The notes under the pieces are model-generated. The model did no database searches and was not told the origin of the DNA. It was given only the letters and a program-made list of their open reading frames with translations. Shown in pieces: positions 18,271 through 26,725 of a stretch of 58,529 nucleotides of DNA. Position 1 is the first letter of the stretch; each line of letters starts with the position of its first letter. The translations under genes were made by a program, and so were the position numbers. Source of the DNA: Candidatus Omnitrophota bacterium (GTDB lineage Bacteria; Omnitrophota; Gorgyraeia; Duberdicusellales; 4484-171); NCBI GenBank assembly GCA_014729775.1, contig WJJJ01000016.1:1-58529 (forward strand), in the 5' to 3' direction.

Positions 18271-21200
18271 TTAACGGGCTTTGTTCAGGTTGATCACCGG
18301 CGATAGCGGGGCGAGTTTGATCAGCGGCCCGTTTGGCGCGGTGGGGAATTCGCCGAAATTCACCACCGGCGGGATGTAATAGACTGCCGGCTCCCGGGGT
18401 GAATAAGGGGTCATGCCCCAGAGATACAGGTGTTCCGGCGGAAGCTGGGCCAGCTGGGCGAACCACATGACCGTGTTGCCGCCGTCGGTCGAACCGACCG
18501 GATTGAAGACCACTCCGGTACGATTATAGGAATCTTTCACGTACACATAAGAAATATCATACGCCCCTCCGGCATCAATATTCCACTGAGAACCGGCAGA
18601 GGTGCTGGTTAAGGACAAAAGGTTTCCTGCCGTGCCTCGCAGGGTGAGGTTATTCAAGACCGTCTCGGTCGCTCCTGCCTGAAACTTTATCTCTTTGCCC
18701 GGGGTCGTGCATTCTAAGTTCCAGAATGTGGTGCCGTAGACGCGCGAAGTCCGGGATGCATCTACAAATCTTACCGTACCGTTATTATGATTGAAGGTGG
18801 CGTTCTGTACGTCAAAGTCGCCGCTGACAATCAGAAGATTCGGTGCGGTGACCGTTCCCGAAGAGATAATGAAATTTCTGGCGGTAAGATTTGCCGGTAA
18901 GGTGATGATGTTTCCTCCCAAATGGATGCCTTTGCCGCCGGTATCGCCCGGATTAAAAATGATGTTCCCGCCGGATGAAAAGAATCCGTAATTTTCTTCG
19001 GGAATTAAGTTTTCAAACCCGTTGATAGTATAGTTCCCGCTGCGCTGGGTGATCGATATGGTATTGACACCTTGTCCGGAAGCGCCCAGAAGATTGGGAA
19101 ACGCCGGCACGACGTCAAAGGATAAATTGACCGAGCCGTTATGTGCGCTGGAGGGATTCAGCGCGGCCGTATCGACTTCCTCGATATAGACGCTGCCGTT
19201 GACGGCGCTGAATTCAAGCGTCGTCGCGTCGGTACCGAGGTAAGAAGAAGGAGACCCGAGCTCTCCCGCAGCATATATTTGCACGGTATCACCGGACAGA
19301 TGCGTCGCATCATTGCCGTCGTCAAAGAACGAGCCGCCGGAGTTCTCAAGTATGATGTCGTCTGCTGAGGTTAAATCACCAAGCGTTACGCTGCCGCCGG
19401 TGGCGGTGACGGTGATATCGTTCCCGGCGCCGTTAGAGGTAGCGTTTAAGATGCTGCCTGATTCCGCGGTCGTAAAATAGATATTTCCTCCCGTAAGCGT
19501 AGCGGTTCCTGTCTGATTCACGGCGCCTGTGCCGTCACCGTCAGTGTCGGCATAGAAAAATACCGTTCCTGTTCCGGCATCAATATCAATTCCTGTGTTT
19601 TGGACAAGGTCCCCGTCGGCCAGAAAGTAAACAGCTTTATTTGTGCGGGCAAGATTCGCGTCAAGGGTAATATTATGGTTGTCGTTTGTATAAAGAGCTA
19701 AGTGACCGGTTGCCGATATATCGTTGAGCTCATTCGGCCGTAACAGCGAGCTTACGGTGATATCCGAGGCGGATTGAAGAGCGAGGTATCCTGAATTGCT
19801 GATCAGGGCCGTGCCCGGCCGGGAGAGGCTTCCTGTTCCGTCATCATCCCGGTCAGCGTACAGATATATCCCTCCTGATCCTGCGCTGAGAGTGGTTGCC
19901 GTGTTCTGGGTGAGGTCTCCGGCTGAGTAGAATTCTATCCCCCTGTCTGTACGGGTGACGTCAGCATCAATGGTAATGAAATGGTTGCCATTTGTGCAGA
20001 GGATTAAGTATCCCGTTGTCGATATGTTATTGAGCTCGTTGGGCCTCAACAGAGAGCTCACGACGATATCCGATCCGGATCTGAGCTCGAAAGTGCCCGA
20101 ATTGTTGACGATGGCCGTGCCCGGCCGGGAGAGGCTGCCGGTGCCGTCTTCGTCATAATCAGCATAGAGAAACACCTGTCCTGATCCTGCGCTGAGAGTG
20201 GTTGCTGTGTTCTGGGTGAGGTCTCCGGCTGAGTAGAATTTAATATTTTTATTTGTACGGGAAATGTCCGCATCGATGGTAATCCCGTGGTTATCCGTTG
20301 TGAAGAGGGATAATTGCCCGGTCGTTGAGACATCATTCATCTCGTTCGGCCGTAACAGCGAGCTTACGGTGATATCCGAGGCGGATTGAAGAGCGAGGTA
20401 TCCTGAATTGCTGATCAGGGCCGTTCCCGGCCGGGAGAGGCTGCCGGTACCGTCTTCGTCATAATCAGCGTATAAATATACATTCCCCGATCCCACGGTG
20501 ATGGTGGTCCCGGTGTTCTGGGTGAGGTTGCCGTCAGAGTAGAAGTAGATGCTTTGGTTCACCCGGTTGATATCAGAATCGATGGTGGTATCCGCATCGT
20601 CGGTGGTATACACATAAAGCCAGCCTGTAGTTGTGTCTCCGGCCGTCAGTACGGTGCTTGTAGCGAGATTCGATGCCGATTTAAGGGAAAAATGACTGCT
20701 GTTGGTCACCGTCGATGTGGCGTCGCGGGTCAGCGCGCCAACGCCGTTCTCGTCAGCGTCGGCATGTAGATATACGTTTCCTGATCCGGCGGTAACGTCA
20801 CTGCCGGGTCCTTGAGTGAGGTTGCCGGCTGCATAAAAGGAGATGCTCCGGTTCACGCGGGAGATATCCGAATCGATGGTGATGTCGTGATCTCCGGTAG
20901 TCGCTACAGCAAGTACGCCGGTAGTCGTGTCTCCGGCCGTAAACAGGTCCGAAGTGACAAGGTTTGATGCGGATTGAGCGAAAAACGAGCTGCTATTGGT
21001 GAGAGTCGAAGCGGCGTCGCGGGTAAGGGCTCCTGTGCCGTTTTCGTCAAAGTCGGCAACGAGAGTGATCATACCATTGCCCGCGTTGATGTCTGACCCG
21101 GCGGCGTGGATGAGGTCTCCGGCGGCGTAGAATCGGATGTTTTGGTTCGCGCGGGAGATGTCGGAGTCGATGGCGATAGCATGGTCGTTAGTGGTATATA

Positions 21201-23283
21201 CCACCAGCTCTCCGGTAACGGCATCCCCGGCCGTCAGCAGGGTGCTTGTGGCAAGGTCTGATCCGGATTTTATCCTGAAAGGACGGGTATTGCTGACGGT
21301 AGAAGCCGCGTCGCGAATGAGGGAACCGGTGCCGTTCTCGTCGTCGTCGGCATACAAATAGACAAATCCATCGCCGGCGTCTATGTCTGAACCGGCGGCG
21401 TGGGTGAGGTCGCCGGCGGCAAAGAAGCTGATCGTTTCGTCCGCGCGGGAGACGTCGGAGTCGATGGTGATCGAATGGTCGCCGGTAGTGTGCACAGACA
21501 GCTCGCCGGTCGCGGTATCGCCGGCGGTCAGCAGCGTGCTTGTGGAAAGGGCTGATCCTGATTTCATCCAGAAAGATCCGTCATTACTCACGGTAGAGGC
21601 TGCATCGCGGGTGAGTGTCCCGGTACCGTTTTCGTCAGCGTCGGCGTAGATAAAGACATCTCCGCTTCCGGCCGTGATGTCTGAGCCTGCGGTTTGAGTG
21701 ATGTTGCCGTCGGCATACAGGTCTATATCAGCGTTGTTAGTGGTGATGTCAGCGTTGACGGTGATATCATTATCGGCCTCTAATTTGAGATCGACGCTGG
21801 CGCTGCCGGTGGCCCCGGAGGTATCAAAATCGGAATTGACGACGATATCGTGCGTTGCCTGAAGGTGAATGTTGGAGAAACCCCAGAAGCTTCCGTTGGC
21901 TGAAGGGTCAAACGTAAGGCTAAGCCCGGAGTGCTCGGAGTAAGTTTCATCCGCACTGCCTCCTTCATCTCCTCCAAACACGGTGTCATATCCGCCGGCC
22001 TGGATGATGATGTCATAGGGATCGAAGAAAACCGAGCCGCCCTTGTATCCCTGCTGAGCTTCCCCCCTGATCGAGCCGTGATAGCCGAGGCCGTATTTTG
22101 CGGAGATCTCCAGGAACCCGGCATTTCCGGATACCGTCCCGCCGGAAACGTCAACCAGCGCGCCTTCCCGGTAATCGGTATCCCCTTCTAATGTGTTGAT
22201 GTAGACGTCGCCCCCTTCGGACAGCGTATTCTTTCCTTTGGCTTCAATGAGTGTGCCGTCTTCATAGACGCTTAGCGTTTGGCCCACTAAGTCAATATCT
22301 CCTGCTTTTGCGTGATCATGAGCGTTGGCTTTGATGATGCCTTCAGAGAGAATCGTATCGGCTGCGACCGCAACCTTTCCCCCGTCCGCGCCTTCCCGGA
22401 TTCCGGAGACATCCATTACTCCCGAAATGCTTACGGTTTTGTCGGCCACAAGTTCGATACGTCCGTCGCGATGTTGCAACGAGCGGGCCTGTACGATCCC
22501 GTCGAGATTGATCGCATTGCTGAAGATGTCGGTGATACTTTGCGCTTTTAGCACCACCACTCCTCCGTCCGAGGAAAGTTCTCCCGTATTTTTTATCTGA
22601 TCAGTGAGGGGCCTGCCGTCAAAGTCATTTATGGTTGAGGCAACGGCCTCATCGATGGCAACGGAAATCAGTCCTTCCCCGGCGATGTCTAACTTTATCG
22701 CATCTCCGGATGCCAGCACGATTTTTCCGACGGGCGCGGTAATGACGCCGTTGTTCTCGATGCCGCCGGCGATCAGTACGCCGAATCCGCCTTCGCTCAC
22801 GTTAATTGTCCCGTCGTTTTTCAGCAGTATATCCAATTGTTCATCGGAGAGTTTTTTAAACAGGTAGTTTCCGGACAAGAAGTCAGAGTTGGTGATATCC
22901 CGCGTGGAAATGACGGCACTTGCCGCATCGATTTTGGCGTTGGGGCCGACATACACACCGGATTGATTAACCAATATAAACACGCCGTTACAGGAAACCG
23001 AGCCCAGGATATTGGAAAACTCTTTCCCGACCACGCGGTTTAAGATTTCAGCTTTCACCGAAGGGAGATTGATGATCAGGGATTCTTCTTTTCCTAAACT
23101 GAAATTCCTGTAGTTGATGATGGTTTTATCCGAGGCGTTAATCCGTAGGGTTTTTTCGTCGATCTGTTCTACTTCGGCCTCGCCGTGGATGATCTCCGCC
23201 AGTGTGGGCAATGCCCAGGCCGGAGGCAGGCCGATGAGCAGAGCCGAAATGACCACACAAATCAATTTCATCCAGTAGGTCAT
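18271..23283 (-). CDS. TpsA filamentous haemagglutinin-like exoprotein, 1670 aa
   Basis: Signal peptide AWA-LP, TPS domain (ILNRV...NGVFILVNQSGVYVG), Gly/Asp/Thr-rich beta-helix-like body with long repeats. Confidence 0.92.
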   Translation of the reverse strand: MTYWMKLICVVISALLIGLPPAWALPTLAEIIHGEAEVEQIDEKTLRINASDKTIINYRNFSLGKEESLIINLPSVKAEILNRVVGKEFSNILGSVSCNGVFILVNQSGVYVGPNAKIDAASAVISTRDITNSDFLSGNYLFKKLSDEQLDILLKNDGTINVSEGGFGVLIAGGIENNGVITAPVGKIVLASGDAIKLDIAGEGLISVAIDEAVASTINDFDGRPLTDQIKNTGELSSDGGVVVLKAQSITDIFSNAINLDGIVQARSLQHRDGRIELVADKTVSISGVMDVSGIREGADGGKVAVAADTILSEGIIKANAHDHAKAGDIDLVGQTLSVYEDGTLIEAKGKNTLSEGGDVYINTLEGDTDYREGALVDVSGGTVSGNAGFLEISAKYGLGYHGSIRGEAQQGYKGGSVFFDPYDIIIQAGGYDTVFGGDEGGSADETYSEHSGLSLTFDPSANGSFWGFSNIHLQATHDIVVNSDFDTSGATGSASVDLKLEADNDITVNADITTNNADIDLYADGNITQTAGSDITAGSGDVFIYADADENGTGTLTRDAASTVSNDGSFWMKSGSALSTSTLLTAGDTATGELSVHTTGDHSITIDSDVSRADETISFFAAGDLTHAAGSDIDAGDGFVYLYADDDENGTGSLIRDAASTVSNTRPFRIKSGSDLATSTLLTAGDAVTGELVVYTTNDHAIAIDSDISRANQNIRFYAAGDLIHAAGSDINAGNGMITLVADFDENGTGALTRDAASTLTNSSSFFAQSASNLVTSDLFTAGDTTTGVLAVATTGDHDITIDSDISRVNRSISFYAAGNLTQGPGSDVTAGSGNVYLHADADENGVGALTRDATSTVTNSSHFSLKSASNLATSTVLTAGDTTTGWLYVYTTDDADTTIDSDINRVNQSIYFYSDGNLTQNTGTTITVGSGNVYLYADYDEDGTGSLSRPGTALISNSGYLALQSASDITVSSLLRPNEMNDVSTTGQLSLFTTDNHGITIDADISRTNKNIKFYSAGDLTQNTATTLSAGSGQVFLYADYDEDGTGSLSRPGTAIVNNSGTFELRSGSDIVVSSLLRPNELNNISTTGYLILCTNGNHFITIDADVTRTDRGIEFYSAGDLTQNTATTLSAGSGGIYLYADRDDDGTGSLSRPGTALISNSGYLALQSASDITVSSLLRPNELNDISATGHLALYTNDNHNITLDANLARTNKAVYFLADGDLVQNTGIDIDAGTGTVFFYADTDGDGTGAVNQTGTATLTGGNIYFTTAESGSILNATSNGAGNDITVTATGGSVTLGDLTSADDIILENSGGSFFDDGNDATHLSGDTVQIYAAGELGSPSSYLGTDATTLEFSAVNGSVYIEEVDTAALNPSSAHNGSVNLSFDVVPAFPNLLGASGQGVNTISITQRSGNYTINGFENLIPEENYGFFSSGGNIIFNPGDTGGKGIHLGGNIITLPANLTARNFIISSGTVTAPNLLIVSGDFDVQNATFNHNNGTVRFVDASRTSRVYGTTFWNLECTTPGKEIKFQAGATETVLNNLTLRGTAGNLLSLTSTSAGSQWNIDAGGAYDISYVYVKDSYNRTGVVFNPVGSTDGGNTVMWFAQLAQLPPEHLYLWGMTPYSPREPAVYYIPPVVNFGEFPTAPNGPLIKLAPLSPVINLNKAR
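19525..21648 (-). repeat. intragenic tandem repeats in TpsA (4 x 98 aa + 3 x 102 aa)
   Basis: Eight copies of xADxD(E/D/G)(N/D)GxG spaced 294 or 306 nt apart; near-identical DNA blocks starting at 19729 and 20341. Confidence 0.9.
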
Positions 23284-23535
23284 TTACTTCTCCTCCCGGT
23301 TATCCTCCAGCGAGGAAAGCAGGCCCTGCCACAGTTCCTTATGTTCCAAATCAAGGCGGTTTACGTCGATCCCCAAGTGCATCAGCAGGGTGACCAATTC
23401 CGAAAGGATCTGGGAGCGCGCGAGCCGGTGGCCGTATTTGAACCGGTAATCTTTGGTGATCTTGTCCAGAAAGTCGATTTGCTGCCGGTTCAGGTGCGTC
23501 ACGCAGGCGATATTAGTCCGGTTTGTTTTTTTCAT
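23284..23535 (-). CDS. 83-aa hypothetical protein, possibly ribbon-helix-helix-like
   Basis: Short strand followed by helices (VTHLNRQQIDFLDKI...RSQILSELV); its stop codon abuts the tpsA ATG. Confidence 0.75.
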   Translation of the reverse strand: MKKTNRTNIACVTHLNRQQIDFLDKITKDYRFKYGHRLARSQILSELVTLLMHLGIDVNRLDLEHKELWQGLLSSLEDNREEK

Positions 23536-23556
23536 TTTTCTTAACGGTCTTTCCTC

Positions 23557-23596
23557 AAAAAAAGAACCCATAGCCCGAGAAGCTATGGGTTCTTTT
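23557..23596 (-). terminator. intrinsic terminator (riboswitch expression platform)
   Basis: AAAAGAACCCATAGC-TTCTCGG-GCTATGGGTTCTTTT perfect stem ending in a U7 tract, about 20 nt upstream of the small ORF. Confidence 0.9.
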
Positions 23597-23614
23597 ATGC
23601 ACGAGAGTCACGGA

Positions 23615-23782
23615 GCGTCTTTGTTTTCGGTAGCTGACTGCCATAGCGTGTTTCGCGTTAGGCTCTGTGAGCTTTGCCACGCCTCTCCGCGGTGCGGATG
23701 GCGAGGTCATCCCGCATATGTAGGAGAACGCGGGAGACGTCGTCCGGTTTCCCGGATTTTGCCGGTTCGGTACAAAGAACGC
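23615..23782 (-). ncRNA. c-di-GMP-I (GEMM-I) riboswitch with internal 62-nt insertion
   Basis: GGCAAA-ATCCGG-GAAA-CCGGAC-G[insert]GGCAAAGC-TCACAGAGCCTAA...TATGGCAGTCAGCTACCGAA; GAAA tetraloop and CCTAA/TATGG receptor; closing stem TCTTTGT/ACAAAGA. Confidence 0.85.
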
Positions 23783-23897
23783 GTGTGTACGCTTTAAGAG
23801 TAGCACATTTTTACGGAAGATACGAATTTAAAAAGAACACTTTTTACAAAAGCAACAAAGAGAAAAACGGGTTTTTAAATTTGCAACATGCTGGTAA

Positions 23898-25169
23898 TCA
23901 GAGGCTTGTGGAAAAGGAGCGCGTGGGGAGATTAAAATAGCCGGATTTTAGGCCCTGAAAACGGTTTCTCGTCCGGGCGTGCAGAGCGATCAGGCCTTGG
24001 GGGTGTGTGAGCCATGGACGGACACAGGGCAGGTACTGTTCAGGATCGATGTTCAGGTTGCGCCACTGGATCATGTCGATCTTGGTGCGGGTGAGGAATT
24101 TCAGGAGTGCGGCTGCTTCGCGCGCGTCGTCGGTCACCTCCGGGAAGATGAGCAGATTCAGGGACACGAATTTGCGGCGGCGTTTGGCGATGGCGATCGA
24201 TTCCAGAACATCCCGGAACGTGTAGCCGCGGGGCCGAAAGTACGCGTGATACAGCTCTTTCCGGACGCTGTTGAGGCTGACCCGGAATGAATCGATGCCC
24301 GCCTTGCAGAGCGTTTCTATTTTGTCCGGCATGCTCGCGTTGGTGTTCATGTGGATGGTTCCGCGGGAAGTGCGGGCGCGTACCCTGGCGATGCTTTCGG
24401 CGATCAGGGGCGTTTCTGTTAACGGCTCTCCTTCACAGCCCTGCCCGAAACTTACGATCGCTTCCCGGGCGGTATTCAGATGATGGGTCATGACTTCGCA
24501 GAGTTCCTCAACCGTCGGCCGGAACCGGATCCGGTTGTGCGAGGCGGCGCAGTCTGAATCCTGGTAGGACAGGCAGCCGACACAGCGGGCGTTGCAGGAC
24601 TGCGCGGTGGGCAGGGGTGCTTCCCATCGTTCGAGAAAAAGGTTTTTCGCCGCCAGACAATTGTAATTGAGCGCGCAGTTTGCCAGGTGGGCGTAGAGCC
24701 GGTTGCGCGGTGATTTTTGATAAAAAGAATTGACCTTGTGCTGTATGCGGCGGGAATCGTAAAACCGGGGGCTTTGCCGGATGCGCGCATCCACCCGTAC
24801 TGCGCACACGTAAAATTTCCCTTTGCGGAATCCGGCCGCGGTGTATGCCCACAGCGGCAGAGCCTGCGGTTGGCGGACCGCATAGGCCGGGAGGGCCAGG
24901 CGCAAAAATGCCGGGATCAGGAAGGCGGCGACCGCGGTGACCGGGATCCCCTGGTATTCCTCTACGGTGATCTGCCGTTGTGTCTGAGGGTCAAATCCCA
25001 CCGGCGCCCGTCCGGGCAATGAGAACAGGGTGCTTCCTTTCGGCAGGGCGATCAGTTCTTCCGGCCGCGGCAGACGGCGGTGACGCGCCGACCCTACCGC
25101 CATACGCAGACGCGGATGGGCGCAGATATTTCCTTCGGGATCGGCCATAAGCAGTGCGGGGGTATTCAT
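23898..25169 (-). CDS. radical SAM protein of unknown function
   Basis: CNARCVGC (CxxxCxxC), SFGQGCEGEP, MNTNAS. Confidence 0.9.
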   Translation of the reverse strand: MNTPALLMADPEGNICAHPRLRMAVGSARHRRLPRPEELIALPKGSTLFSLPGRAPVGFDPQTQRQITVEEYQGIPVTAVAAFLIPAFLRLALPAYAVRQPQALPLWAYTAAGFRKGKFYVCAVRVDARIRQSPRFYDSRRIQHKVNSFYQKSPRNRLYAHLANCALNYNCLAAKNLFLERWEAPLPTAQSCNARCVGCLSYQDSDCAASHNRIRFRPTVEELCEVMTHHLNTAREAIVSFGQGCEGEPLTETPLIAESIARVRARTSRGTIHMNTNASMPDKIETLCKAGIDSFRVSLNSVRKELYHAYFRPRGYTFRDVLESIAIAKRRRKFVSLNLLIFPEVTDDAREAAALLKFLTRTKIDMIQWRNLNIDPEQYLPCVRPWLTHPQGLIALHARTRNRFQGLKSGYFNLPTRSFSTSL

Positions 25170-25513
25170 TGAGTTTTTTCTTCGTTGCGGACGCGGGCGT
25201 GAAGACGCACCCGGATCATCTGCCGGTCCGCATCCATCAGCATAAGTTCCTGGGTCGTGTCTCCCCGGTAGCCGGCAGGATCAAATTCCACCGTGAGCCG
25301 GGTGCCGCCGTTTTCGGGCGCGGCATAAGCGGCCACGCATTCACACAGCGGTACGACATGGATGATCTCCGCGGGCACGAATAGCGCGGTCCGTTGTATC
25401 CGGTCAGGGGATACCTCCCCGAATCGATGTGAAATGATTTCTTCTCCGCACAGCGGGTCCGGGAATCCGCCGAGCACGAGCGCGAAAAATAAAAGGGAGA
25501 GCAGTTTACCCAT
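25166..25513 (-). CDS. small exported beta-rich protein (DUF1573-like)
   Basis: Signal peptide, CxC motif (LCEC), LTVEFDP. Confidence 0.6.
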   Translation of the reverse strand: MGKLLSLLFFALVLGGFPDPLCGEEIISHRFGEVSPDRIQRTALFVPAEIIHVVPLCECVAAYAAPENGGTRLTVEFDPAGYRGDTTQELMLMDADRQMIRVRLHARVRNEEKTQ

Positions 25514-26642
25514 AACGGAACAATAAAATACCCAGCACGAGAAACAATAAAGCCATAAGCAATTTCAGTCCCCCCAGGTCTTTTTTGAGTACCTGCTGGA
25601 ATTTTTCCGACCGCACGCCGAACAAGGCCAGGCCGAAAATGACCAGGAGCGGCAGGACGAACATAAAATTATAGGCAAGCAGATAGACAAACGCTTTCAG
25701 CCGGTAAGAGGTATTTTTCAGGATATAGACGATCGTGGGAATATAGATTTGCCCGGTACAGGCCGCTTCCAGCAGGGAAACGATGACGCCTACGGAAAAC
25801 GCGCTCGCGACGAGCTTCCAGGACGACTGCTGTGCGTGCCCCCGGAGCCGGGAACCGACGGCCCGGTGGATGCGGACTTTCAGGAAATGAGGCAGCTGCA
25901 GGACTTGAGAATCAGTCCGGCCGGAACGTTTGAACCGGACATAATCGAAGATCGTGAGCGCGAACAGCGCGAAGCAGAACAGCGCGACCGCGCGGTAGAA
26001 ATAGGTGATAAACAGCGAAATCTGACTGAGCGAATAGAAAAATTCAAACAGGCCGAATCCCATTAGTAAATAGGTAAGAAACACGGCAAGACAGTAAAAC
26101 GTGCCGATGGCCACGATTTCTCTCCGGCCGTATCCGTATACCGATAAAAAGGAGACGAAAAAAATAATTACCGCGAAGGCGCAGGGGTTGACGCCGTCGA
26201 TCAGTCCCCCCGTGACTACTGTCATGAACGATAACCTTCGGAACGTGCCTACAAGCGATGTTCCTTCGAAAGACAGTGTGGGAGTCCCTTGTACGTAGGC
26301 CAGGGCGATCGCGCGGTCGAGATTCTTTTTTATCTCGCCCGTGCCGACGAGAAAGGATTGACCGACCAGTACGGCGGGCACTGCCGGAGATTCCTCATCC
26401 CGGAAATGTTCGGTCGCGGCGATGAGTGTTTGCAGGTGCTGCGGATTGTTGCTGGTCTCCAGGTAACGCCAGTGGGTAATATCGGCATGTTTCTCCTCTA
26501 TTGCAGGAAAAAAGTTCTGTTTGAGCGCGTGACAGGCGCCGCAATGCTGGGAATAAAAGACCAGTACTTCTACCGGATCTTTTGCCCCGGCCGGACGTAT
26601 CAGCGATCCCGCACAGAGAAGCAGAAGAATACACAGGCGCAT
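25506..26642 (-). CDS. thioredoxin-fold + CcdA/DsbD-like membrane redox protein
   Basis: CGAC active site; membrane cysteines in DGVNPCAF and ACTGQIY. Confidence 0.85.
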   Translation of the reverse strand: MRLCILLLLCAGSLIRPAGAKDPVEVLVFYSQHCGACHALKQNFFPAIEEKHADITHWRYLETSNNPQHLQTLIAATEHFRDEESPAVPAVLVGQSFLVGTGEIKKNLDRAIALAYVQGTPTLSFEGTSLVGTFRRLSFMTVVTGGLIDGVNPCAFAVIIFFVSFLSVYGYGRREIVAIGTFYCLAVFLTYLLMGFGLFEFFYSLSQISLFITYFYRAVALFCFALFALTIFDYVRFKRSGRTDSQVLQLPHFLKVRIHRAVGSRLRGHAQQSSWKLVASAFSVGVIVSLLEAACTGQIYIPTIVYILKNTSYRLKAFVYLLAYNFMFVLPLLVIFGLALFGVRSEKFQQVLKKDLGGLKLLMALLFLVLGILLFRYG

Positions 26643-26725
26643 ACACACGATTATACCAAGATCCGTAAGAATTTCCAATGCGGCGAAAAAGATAATGAAA
26701 AATCTTCAAGTTACGGTAAAATAGT

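Noticed and set aside
18271-19000. CdiA-type toxin tip on TpsA
   Set aside because: No VENN-like delimiter and no downstream immunity ORF; the tpsB stop is 14 nt away.
23679-23740. Riboswitch insertion as a self-splicing intron, second GEMM aptamer or IS
   Set aside because: Too short for an intron, lacks GEMM landmarks, and shows no clear target-site duplication or further copies in the window.
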